IMG/VR virus record: IMGVR_UViG_3300005259_000074
Location: 96,001-160,000 of that record
DNA length: 64,000 nt
Strand: one strand, 5' to 3'
Source: a virus
Lineage: Duplodnaviria; Caudoviricetes
Part shown: one piece after another, positions 54,564 through 62,862 of the stretch
Numbering within the stretch: the first letter of the stretch is position 1
Layout of the letters: each line of letters opens with the position of its first letter
Notes under the pieces: generated by a model
Told to the model about the DNA's origin: nothing
Seen by the model: only the letters and a program-made list of their open reading frames with translations
Database searches by the model: none
Program-made: the position numbers and the translations under genes

Positions 54564-55690
54564 ACACCGCAGTCGCGTCCAGAGAGATGCTTGGTGAGCT
54601 GGAGAACCTCTTGACAGAGAGCCAGACCGGCATGGAGTTGGAGATCGGCGACAGAGCGGTGTCCGCTCTGGCTAGCGAAGTTGGAAAGCTGTTCAGAGAC
54701 TCTGCTCTACTTCCGTTCGGAGAGCCGAAGAAGGTGATCCTCGAGAACTACCAGTCTCCCGGAGACTTAGTGATGATGACTGCAGCCGTCAGAGATCTTC
54801 ACAGAGCTTATCCCAACAAGTTTATAACAGACGTTCGCACTTCTTGTGGAGACATCTGGCTCAACAACCCCCACATAACTCACATAGACGACAAAGACCC
54901 AAAGGCGATAAGAATCAAAGCTGAATACCCGCTGATACACCAGAGCAACGGTGGGGCGCTCCCCTTCATACACGGTTTCGCGCAAGACCTCGCTGATAAA
55001 CTAGGAATCCCGCGGTTCCCCATCACAAAGTTCGCAGGGGACATCCACATATCTCCTCAGGAGAACTCGTGGTACAGCGCTCCTTGGGAGATATTAGGGA
55101 AAGATGTCCCGTACTGGGTCATAGACGCTGGATACAAGACCGACTTTACCTGCAAGAACTGGGGAAAGAAGAACTGGCAGCAGCTCATCGAGATGTGCCC
55201 AGAGATACAGTTCGTCCAGATCGGCCACAAAGACCACATCCACCCGAAATTGACTGGTGACAACGTGATAGACTTAGTTGGGAAGACAGACACTCGCCAG
55301 CTGATCAGGCTGATCTACAACTCGTTCGGAGTCGTGACGCCGTGCAGCTTCCCGTTCGTGCTGGCGTACAGCGTGCCTCCGCACCCGCGGTTCAAGCGGA
55401 AGTCTAGGCCGTGCGTAGTCGTCGCCGGTGGTCGAGAACCCGTCGAATGGCAGCAAGCGCCGAACGTGATGTTCATGCACACCTGCGGAGCGCTCCCGTG
55501 CTGCGACTACGGTGGGTGCTGGGTCAGCCGCGTCAAACCCCTGGGAGACGGAGACCACAAAGACAAGAACACCTGCCTCCACCCAGTCGCTTGGGGCGAT
55601 GAGTTCATACCGCGGTGCATGCAGATGATCAGAGCTGACCACGTGGCTTACTGGATAGAGACTACGACAGAGGAGCTGGACTTCAAGTGA
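54554..55690 (+). CDS. GT9-like (heptosyltransferase-fold) glycosyltransferase
   Basis: SPGDLVMMTAAVRDL..AYP...DV...IW.NNPHI, K.W....WQ.L, IDLVGKT..RQL. Confidence 0.8.
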   Translation: MEMNTAVASREMLGELENLLTESQTGMELEIGDRAVSALASEVGKLFRDSALLPFGEPKKVILENYQSPGDLVMMTAAVRDLHRAYPNKFITDVRTSCGDIWLNNPHITHIDDKDPKAIRIKAEYPLIHQSNGGALPFIHGFAQDLADKLGIPRFPITKFAGDIHISPQENSWYSAPWEILGKDVPYWVIDAGYKTDFTCKNWGKKNWQQLIEMCPEIQFVQIGHKDHIHPKLTGDNVIDLVGKTDTRQLIRLIYNSFGVVTPCSFPFVLAYSVPPHPRFKRKSRPCVVVAGGREPVEWQQAPNVMFMHTCGALPCCDYGGCWVSRVKPLGDGDHKDKNTCLHPVAWGDEFIPRCMQMIRADHVAYWIETTTEELDFK

Positions 55691-55977
55691 GGTACGAGTG
55701 CGCTATCTGCGGCTACGCGAGCGACGAACGGAGTCGCGTGCACGAGCACCACATCACTCCGCGCGCTTCCGGAGGCACTGAAGACAAGTGGAACAAAGTC
55801 GTGCTCTGCCCGAACTGCCACGCTAGAGTTCACGTCCCTGGAATGACGCACGGCATCCACTCGGTCGTCAGAGAAGACTCGATAGTGATAAACTGCTGGA
55901 GGAACGACCACACGCTGCTAGAGTGGAGACTGGCTGGCAGTGACGTCTTGGCGTACACTCCACACAAGACGCTCTAG
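55687..55977 (+). CDS. small HNH endonuclease
   Basis: CAICG...HEHHI.....GGT....N...LCPNCHARVH. Confidence 0.85.
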   Translation: MRYECAICGYASDERSRVHEHHITPRASGGTEDKWNKVVLCPNCHARVHVPGMTHGIHSVVREDSIVINCWRNDHTLLEWRLAGSDVLAYTPHKTL

Positions 55978-56116
55978 AACGTGTTTGCGAGGGTTCTGAG
56001 AAGGAGGAAGATGCGAGTCAGTGGTTACCGTTGTCGGAACGATGAAAGTGATCTGCGCCGCTGGAATGAACTTAACAAACTCAAAGATAGTTCACAGTAT
56101 CTGTTAAGTGCTCTGA

Positions 56117-56194
56117 CCACCAGTTCAAAAATCTTCATCTGAGCAGTATTTTCAAGAGTTAATCCAGAGGACGGTTAAGAATAAAGGAGTTGAA
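56117..56194 (+). repeat. dispersed 78-bp intergenic element, copy 2
   Basis: 69/78 identical to 5554..5631. Confidence 0.9.
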
Positions 56195-56224
56195 GGGAAG
56201 TAGTAAACAATGTACTGTTTATAA

Positions 56225-56304
56225 CAGTATACATTCAATTGATCAATTTCAGTATACATTATTGATTCAATAATTCAATATACATTCAATTTATTGATTC
56301 AATA
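56225..56304. repeat. AT-rich array of direct and inverted repeats
   Basis: CAGTATACATT x2 (56225, 56250); TATTGATTCAATA x2 (56260, 56292); palindrome AATTGATCAATT (56237-56248). Confidence 0.85.
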
Positions 56305-56340
56305 AACATTAGTACGAGTGGAACGAAAGATCTTCGAAAA

Positions 56341-57168
56341 ATGACCACAGTGTTATCCGACTTCTCCCGTAAGAGAGCTCTAGAACAGTGTCGAGGAGCT
56401 AAGAAAGTCCTCGTAGACTTCGCGCACGGTCTCGGCGACACGGTGATGTTCCTCCCAGTTTTCGACGAGTTTCGTAAGAACGTCTCAGATGCACGCGTAG
56501 ACTTGTTGACTCACTTCGGCCAAGAAGAGGTGTTCGGCGTCAAGACTGTTCAGTACTCGGAATACGATGTAGTGCTGACGTTGCCTTACGCCATGGCCGA
56601 GAACAGCGGGTCTACGAAGTCGGAAGCGTGCTGCGTCAGAGAACTCGGGATATTGCCGAATGCGGTGAAAGACAACTTGAAGTCTGCGTGGTACAGAGAC
56701 AACTACTCCCGAGTGTTCAGCTCGGACGAATCGTTCCGGAAGTCTAGTCCTTTCGTGCTGTTCGCCTTCCAGAGCACCGCCCTCCCAGACCCGTGCAACT
56801 GTCCTCCGCAGTTAGCTGAGACTCTCTGGAGAGAAGCCGAGAGCGTCGGGAAGATACCGATTGAATGCCACTTCTCCCACTGCTTCGCCAACCCCCGCAA
56901 CGCACAGTACCCTTTCGTGGGGAACTCCACTACCAGGAAGCTACCACCCAGAGTGCAATTGCTCGCCGACACGGTGAAGACCAGCTTCGCGTTCGTCGGA
57001 GTCGCGACGGGCTCCACTGTCGTCGCCATGGCCGGGAGCTCTCTTAGGACGGCTTTCCTAGAGAGGGCGTACCACAGGAGAGACTACTTCACTGAGGTGG
57101 GTCCGACGTTCAGCATCGACGACTACCGCCCCGGCAGCCTGGCCGCGTGGCTGAGAGGACTGGAGTGA
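56341..57168 (+). CDS. GT9-like glycosyltransferase
   Basis: VLVDFAHGLGDTVMFLP...R..V.DARVDL; FVGVATG. Confidence 0.65.
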   Translation: MTTVLSDFSRKRALEQCRGAKKVLVDFAHGLGDTVMFLPVFDEFRKNVSDARVDLLTHFGQEEVFGVKTVQYSEYDVVLTLPYAMAENSGSTKSEACCVRELGILPNAVKDNLKSAWYRDNYSRVFSSDESFRKSSPFVLFAFQSTALPDPCNCPPQLAETLWREAESVGKIPIECHFSHCFANPRNAQYPFVGNSTTRKLPPRVQLLADTVKTSFAFVGVATGSTVVAMAGSSLRTAFLERAYHRRDYFTEVGPTFSIDDYRPGSLAAWLRGLE

Positions 57169-57172
57169 CACC

Positions 57173-58114
57173 GTGAGAGCGTTCGTGCTATCTTGTGACG
57201 AGAACTACGTCGAGTACCTCAGGGCCTTCATCGGTAGCGTGCAGCGCCGTGGGATAGACGCGCGCGTCGTAGTAGTCCACCCTCCGGGGTTGAGGCTTCC
57301 AGCGGGTTGCGTATCTTTCGTGAACTCCAGGCCTCGAGAGTACTTGAAGACCGGTGGTAAGATGAAGGGGAAGACCCACAGCAACATCGGTTTCTGCCGG
57401 TGGGCCAGCATCCCTAAGATAGCTGCCATGGGCTACAGTTCGCTCTGCCTGATGGACGCCGACATGATGGTGACTTCTAAGCGCGTGGAGAACTTGTTCG
57501 ACGCCGTAGAGGGGACGTCTGTCATAGTCGGCGGAGACGAGGAGTCTAAGTGGGGGTTGGGACCGCAGTACCGGTACGTGAGAAAAGACGGATCGGACGT
57601 CAAGTTCTGCCAAGACCGCGCTGACCTGACTAGGATGAACTCTTTCTTCTGCATGCCGGTGTTCTTAGATGGAAGAGACCCGAATATCGTAGCGCTGTGC
57701 GAGAAGATAGAAGAAGTCAAGTACACCTCTTATCAGGAGAGAGACGGCAACGTCGACTTCTTGTGCGACATGTTCACCCACAACCTGTGCGTGCACGAGA
57801 CGGGTTTAGACCGACGAGTCGTGCAAGTGCCGATGGCGCAGACTACTCAAGTGCACTTCGTGGGATACACTCCGTTCGACCTGATCAGGGAAGAAGCCGG
57901 AGACTGGTACACCAAAGATGGTCTGCCGGTCTACTCCATGCACGGTAAGTTCGCGTCTAAGACGTTCGTCAAAGACTACATGTGGGGTTGCAATCGCAAG
58001 CTAGAGCTGTGGGGGATACAGAAGCAGATGGAGCACTACTTGCCGGAAGCTCAGAAGGTGCTCGAGAGGGTCCAAGCAGAGTGGAGGCTGTGCCATGATT
58101 CAGTTCGCGCGTGA
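57173..58114 (+). CDS. GT8-like glycosyltransferase
   Basis: FVLSCDENYVEYL.AFI.S, F.RW, CLMDADMMV, YSMHGK. Confidence 0.75.
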   Translation: MRAFVLSCDENYVEYLRAFIGSVQRRGIDARVVVVHPPGLRLPAGCVSFVNSRPREYLKTGGKMKGKTHSNIGFCRWASIPKIAAMGYSSLCLMDADMMVTSKRVENLFDAVEGTSVIVGGDEESKWGLGPQYRYVRKDGSDVKFCQDRADLTRMNSFFCMPVFLDGRDPNIVALCEKIEEVKYTSYQERDGNVDFLCDMFTHNLCVHETGLDRRVVQVPMAQTTQVHFVGYTPFDLIREEAGDWYTKDGLPVYSMHGKFASKTFVKDYMWGCNRKLELWGIQKQMEHYLPEAQKVLERVQAEWRLCHDSVRA

Positions 58115-58721
58115 CGAGTTCGGCTTCTGGAAGCAAGTTGACCCCTCCCCTTTCGTGTACACGGAGGAGTACAAGAGCCGCCAGTCGACGAACGAAGCGA
58201 TGTCTTTCCTCAGGCTGGGGTGGTTGGCGGCTCATTTGGGGCTCTCGGAGATGAAGAAGATGCGAGCAGTCGACGTCGGTTGCGGCAATGGGGAGTTCGT
58301 CAAACACGCTCAGAACTTCTTCTCGAGGGCTGTCGGCTACGACGTGGCTGGGAACAGCATATCTGAGCGAGAGCTAGCCGAGACGGAGTGGGACTTAGTA
58401 GTGCTGTCTGACGTGTTGGAGCACTACTCAGACATCGACGACCTGTTCGACCTGAAGTGGAAGTTCGCGTTCGTCTCGTTCCCGGAGACACCTCGTGTAG
58501 ACGACTGGAGAGAGCTCCAGTCGATGGGTTTTCGGCACTTCAAGCCGGACGAACACCTGTGGATGATGAACTCGCTGGGTTTTAGAGAGTGGTCCGCGCG
58601 GTTAGGAGCTGAGACAATAGCTGAAGACTGCTTCGAAGACGCGATCAGGACTAGGTGGGACCCACGCGTGAGGAACATCAGCAGTTTCTTGTTGAAGAGG
58701 CACCCATTCCCCTATAAATAG
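58095..58721 (+). CDS. class I SAM-dependent methyltransferase
   Basis: AVDVGCGNG, VGYDV, VLSDVLEH, FRHFKPDEHLW. Confidence 0.85.
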   Translation: MIQFARDEFGFWKQVDPSPFVYTEEYKSRQSTNEAMSFLRLGWLAAHLGLSEMKKMRAVDVGCGNGEFVKHAQNFFSRAVGYDVAGNSISERELAETEWDLVVLSDVLEHYSDIDDLFDLKWKFAFVSFPETPRVDDWRELQSMGFRHFKPDEHLWMMNSLGFREWSARLGAETIAEDCFEDAIRTRWDPRVRNISSFLLKRHPFPYK

Positions 58722-58748
58722 TTCCAAACTGAGGACGGGCCCGTTCTG

Positions 58749-59966
58749 ATGTCTCTTCTACCGAACAGCGATTACGACAAGATCCGAATCTACCCAAACG
58801 AGTACGTCACCAACGGTACTGTCAACAGGGGCGTCAGACGCCTCTTGGAGAACGACACTTGGCTAGAAGACCACATATCCGGAGCGGTGTCGGCTTCTTC
58901 TATAATGAACGCCCTCTCAGCGGAGATCACCGCTGTCGGGATCGAGACGGACGACGTGTACTCGACGGTCGCCGCCAACTCCGGAGTGTGGAGCACCGGT
59001 TCTCAGGGAGACGTAGCGGGACCCGCTACGAACCACAACTCTTACGTTCCCCAGTGGGACGGAGCTAACTCCAAACTGCTCAAAGACGGACTTCCAGTGG
59101 GAAACGGAGCTGGGTCGCTCGTCTCCAGGCCTAACGTCAACACGCTGGCGGCCGACGCTCTGGTCGCCATAACAACTAATGGATCGGTGACAGTCGGAGG
59201 CCTCGCCATTAAGAACGCAGCTCCTTACTTGGGGAGCGACGCCGTCGGTGACATATGGTTCCGAGGTGGATTGGGCATGTCCAGACTTCCTTTGGGGTCT
59301 AACGGGCAAGTCCTGACCGTCAGCACAGTCACGTCTCAGCCGGTATGGGCAGGGCTTCCGCTCCTCACGTCAGTGTACTCTACCGTGCAGTCTGGGTCTG
59401 CTTCGTGGACGACTGCTGGCAACTACGTGGGGACGAACTCCTCTAACATAACTCTGAAAGCTAACACGTTCAACGGAGCTAACCAGCTAGTCGAGCTGAC
59501 TGCTTCTGGGTACTTGCCCGCTCTGAACGGCAGCGCTCTGACGAATCTGAACGCTGGGAACATCAGCACGGGCGTCCTGTCGGCGAGCCGCGGAGGAGCG
59601 GGTGCTTCTAACGGCATCTTGTACGCCAACGGCTCGGGCGTCGTTAACTCTCTGGCTGTTAGTGGGGAACTGGTGTATTCCGCCGGTGTCTTGTCGGCGC
59701 CGCGGGTCTACGTCGAGAATAAGACGTCTGGATTCGTGATGTCGAGTTCGGACTTAGGTAAGTTAGTGCTGTTCGAGTCGTCGACTCCTTCCGGCCAAGT
59801 GATGAACCTCATAGCAGCTCCGGCTAACGGCAGTCTGACTGTCAGAGTCAAGAATGAATCTACGAACGTCGTGACTCTCAGTGGAGACATCAACGGGACT
59901 ACTACTTATGGACTCTCGGGGAGCATTACGCTGATATCAGACGGTTCTACTTGGCACACGTTCTGA
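58749..59966 (+). CDS. fibre-like virion structural protein
   Basis: TATAAATA at 58713-58720; IYPNE.V....VNR...RLLEND N-terminus; ANQLV.L..SG.LPA..GS.LTNL fibre repeat. Confidence 0.7.
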   Translation: MSLLPNSDYDKIRIYPNEYVTNGTVNRGVRRLLENDTWLEDHISGAVSASSIMNALSAEITAVGIETDDVYSTVAANSGVWSTGSQGDVAGPATNHNSYVPQWDGANSKLLKDGLPVGNGAGSLVSRPNVNTLAADALVAITTNGSVTVGGLAIKNAAPYLGSDAVGDIWFRGGLGMSRLPLGSNGQVLTVSTVTSQPVWAGLPLLTSVYSTVQSGSASWTTAGNYVGTNSSNITLKANTFNGANQLVELTASGYLPALNGSALTNLNAGNISTGVLSASRGGAGASNGILYANGSGVVNSLAVSGELVYSAGVLSAPRVYVENKTSGFVMSSSDLGKLVLFESSTPSGQVMNLIAAPANGSLTVRVKNESTNVVTLSGDINGTTTYGLSGSITLISDGSTWHTF

Positions 59967-59971
59967 GTCGA

Positions 59972-60268
59972 TCACTCGGGTGCCTCTTCCTTGGTCTTCT
60001 TTTTCTTAGCGATGTACTTGATATAGCCGTTGCGCTGCTTTGGGATCGCAGAGTAGGCCCACCTGTACACCTGTTCTGGCTCTAGAGTACCCTGGAACTT
60101 GTTCAACATCTGCGCATATGGCATGAGTTCTTCTCTCATCGAGAGGTACCGAGCGAGCATGAAGGTCGAGAAAGAAGATCTGAAGTTGACGTCTTCCCAC
60201 ATGTTACCTCCGCTCTTCTTCATCAGGATGTCTGACATTATCTCGTAGAAGTTGTTGTTCTTAGCCAT
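59972..60268 (-). CDS. clamp-loader small subunit (T4 gp62-like)
   Basis: F..FMLARYLS....L...A...N......L.....Y......IPK.....KYI.K pattern. Confidence 0.55.
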   Translation of the reverse strand: MAKNNNFYEIMSDILMKKSGGNMWEDVNFRSSFSTFMLARYLSMREELMPYAQMLNKFQGTLEPEQVYRWAYSAIPKQRNGYIKYIAKKKKTKEEAPE

Positions 60269-61100
60269 CCAGTTTGTCCTCTCTGTGGAATTTCCTGATC
60301 CTCTTGTTTACCCATCTCACCAGTTCTTTGTCGCTGTTCAAGACATCTTTCTTCAAGAAACGGATGTCTCGCTTCTCGCTATCAAGATACCCTCCATCGC
60401 CGGGCGTCCCACCCGGTTTTTGGTCGACCGGCCTCATTAGTGCGTCCATAATGTCGTCTCTCTTGAAGAATTCGACGAGAGACAACACGAAGAGTATGTT
60501 CATCTCGATCTCTTCCATGTCTTTAGTCCCTTCGTGAGCTCTGAACTCAAACGTGCGTCGATCATTCCAATAAGTCAGAGACAGCATAGAGTGGTGGTCT
60601 CCGCTATTGTCTAGCGCGTCAGCTAAGATGTCGCAGACCCTCGGAGTTCTTTCTCCCTCTTCATCCGAGGTTTCTACTAGAGGTTTAGAATAACCTCCTC
60701 CAGTGAGGCGAGAACTAGGGTAGAGCATCTTTATGGGAGACTCGAGGCTCGTCCACGGCACTATCAGCTTCTCCAGCGGGAGGTCTGGGACGTGGACGTG
60801 GACGTGAAACCCGTCAGAGTCGGTGACTCTGACGCGGTTCTTGTTGAGCAGTGCGACTATCTTCTTCAGGCGCTTGTACTCGGGTGACTGCAGAGTCAAC
60901 TTTGGAGATGCTAACTCGCATCCAGTAGATATGTCTGTCTTGAGGTCCCACTGCTTGCCGGTAGAATCGCGGTGGCTGCACTCGGAGTTGAGCATCTTCG
61001 CACTATTGTGGAATGCGCTCTTGATGGCGTTCTTCACCTCGTCGAAATCGGAGGAGAACTCCAATTCTATGCCAAATTTCCTGGATTGCATGTTCATCAC
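60261..61100 (-). CDS. putative amidoligase (COOH-NH2 ligase type 2)
   Basis: FGIELEF, W.LKTD.S..CELASP.L, DGFHVHV, TFEFR.HEGT; CATAAATA promoter at 61128-61135. Confidence 0.8.
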   Translation of the reverse strand: MMNMQSRKFGIELEFSSDFDEVKNAIKSAFHNSAKMLNSECSHRDSTGKQWDLKTDISTGCELASPKLTLQSPEYKRLKKIVALLNKNRVRVTDSDGFHVHVHVPDLPLEKLIVPWTSLESPIKMLYPSSRLTGGGYSKPLVETSDEEGERTPRVCDILADALDNSGDHHSMLSLTYWNDRRTFEFRAHEGTKDMEEIEMNILFVLSLVEFFKRDDIMDALMRPVDQKPGGTPGDGGYLDSEKRDIRFLKKDVLNSDKELVRWVNKRIRKFHREDKLDG

Positions 61101-61166
61101 AGCACCTCAGTAGATTGGTTCACACTCTATTTATGAACCTAATCTTACTGAGAATAGAATACTACT

Positions 61167-61451
61167 TCAAACATTTTCTAGAGCATTTTCTATGATGAAC
61201 TCAGAGACCTCTTCATCTTTGCAGGTACAGCCCTTTGCGCAGCTGTCATTCCTGTTGGCGCATTTCTCCGGTAAGTGGCACTCCAGACTTCCGTCTTCTC
61301 TCTTGAGAGCTACGTTGTCGTACCATATAGTGACTTTCATAGCATTATCTAGAGCCATACATTCTGCGTTGACGCGCATGACTCTGAAACTCTTCGTCTC
61401 GTGTGAAGTTAACATATTGATGTAGTCAATGAACATCACGTCGGGATTCAT
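61167..61451 (-). CDS. hypothetical protein
   Basis: ATGA-coupled; Cys-rich C-terminal half. Confidence 0.55.
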   Translation of the reverse strand: MNPDVMFIDYINMLTSHETKSFRVMRVNAECMALDNAMKVTIWYDNVALKREDGSLECHLPEKCANRNDSCAKGCTCKDEEVSEFIIENALENV

Positions 61452-61780
61452 AAATCCTCCAGAGCGAATATGAGGTCATCATGCATCGCCAATTCGATTG
61501 CTTCTGGGTGTTTGCACTCTCGAATGCGGTCTCCAGTAGCGAAGGGTTGCGACGCGTGCTTGCAGAACCTGTAAGAGTCTTCAGTCGTCTCTTCGTATCT
61601 GTCGCACGCGTGCTCATTCACGAAACGGAACTTAGGTATGCAAGTGTTGTCGCATATGACGACGTCGTCTGTCGCTCTGCACTTCCCAGCGATCTCGTAG
61701 AATCTTCCTTTTCCGTGCGAGTCGCCGTTGTTGGCAGCAAAGTATCCTCGAAGAGAGCCGCACAACACACCTTTGAACAT
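61448..61780 (-). CDS. Cys-rich hypothetical protein
   Basis: Co-oriented, tightly packed. Confidence 0.55.
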   Translation of the reverse strand: MFKGVLCGSLRGYFAANNGDSHGKGRFYEIAGKCRATDDVVICDNTCIPKFRFVNEHACDRYEETTEDSYRFCKHASQPFATGDRIRECKHPEAIELAMHDDLIFALEDL

Positions 61781-61809
61781 AGACGATCACCTCTGTCTAG
61801 AGTACTCGC

Positions 61810-62106
61810 TCATATGTCCTCGAGTTTGTCGACGATGTCTTCGTCCGCGAAACCTACTTCGCGCCACTCACCTCCTAAGAGTGGATCCCACACGAATAGT
61901 TCTTTGATGTCAGCGAACTCCAACCACCGATTTTCACCGTTGAGAGTGCGCTTTCGGAACAGGAATTTCCTCCTGATCCTCATTTCACCTTGTTTAGGCT
62001 CTTCCCATCTCATCGCTTCTCCGCACTGACGCTGTACATGGCGACTTGCAGCTCTATGTTCTTCAGCTCTACTTGCTTCTCCATGTAGTAGTGCACGAGG
62101 TTCCAC
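61810..62106 (-). CDS. hypothetical protein (true start probably MRWEEPKQG)
   Basis: RIRRKFLF.KRTLNGE.RWLE pattern of small phage proteins. Confidence 0.5.
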   Translation of the reverse strand: MEPRALLHGEASRAEEHRAASRHVQRQCGEAMRWEEPKQGEMRIRRKFLFRKRTLNGENRWLEFADIKELFVWDPLLGGEWREVGFADEDIVDKLEDI

Positions 62107-62208
62107 GCGACTGCGGCGATGATGACCACTGCTATGATGGTCCCGCAGCCACTTCCTCTATTAACTACGACCGTGTTCTCCGCCATTGTGATACGTCTCC
62201 TTTGGTGT

Positions 62209-62469
62209 TCATATGAAAATCTTATAAAGCATCTTTTTATAGATCAGCATGATCAGCAGACCTTTGCCGTCTATCTTGATGTTGAACTTAGAGTAAAAGA
62301 GATTGTGTTTCTCTTCCCATTCTATATCCAATTTTTTCTTAGACTTCTCATTCTCGAGGAATTTTCTCAATTTCCTCCTCGAAAAGAAATCGCTAGTCGC
62401 AGTTAAAGACGTGAAATACATCGTATCAGCATGTAATTCCCAGTCTCTCACTATCTCCTCGTTGGTCAT
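62209..62469 (-). CDS. hypothetical protein
   Basis: ATGA-coupled; AT-rich. Confidence 0.5.
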   Translation of the reverse strand: MTNEEIVRDWELHADTMYFTSLTATSDFFSRRKLRKFLENEKSKKKLDIEWEEKHNLFYSKFNIKIDGKGLLIMLIYKKMLYKIFI

Positions 62470-62837
62470 TTCTTCTCTACTTCACCGGAGTTCTCCCTGA
62501 TGTCGAATGTCCTGCGGCAAAACGTCTTAGGATTCCAGATGTCTCGGCCGCCCATGTGATAATAGCCGAATATGTAGACTCTCCTTACTTTGAAATTAGG
62601 AGTAGACTCCGGGAGCACGGATACTACGGCGACATCTCCGTCATCGAAGGTCACGCTTTCGATTTTTCCTTCTACTGGGAAATCATTCTTCGGTTGGAGA
62701 CGATCTATGTCAGTGATGATCTGTTGTGTGTGTTCTATGTGCATTTTGTCAAAATGAGCGCACGAGTAGCTTATGGCAGCAACACATGCTGTCACTATTG
62801 CGACAATGATTCCAACTGTTATCAATACTTCTTTCAT
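62466..62837 (-). CDS. membrane-anchored hypothetical protein
   Basis: N-terminal hydrophobic helix VLITVGIIVAIVTACVAAISY. Confidence 0.6.
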   Translation of the reverse strand: MKEVLITVGIIVAIVTACVAAISYSCAHFDKMHIEHTQQIITDIDRLQPKNDFPVEGKIESVTFDDGDVAVVSVLPESTPNFKVRRVYIFGYYHMGGRDIWNPKTFCRRTFDIRENSGEVEKK

Positions 62838-62862
62838 ATCATTTTCCTTTTCAGATGTTGGG

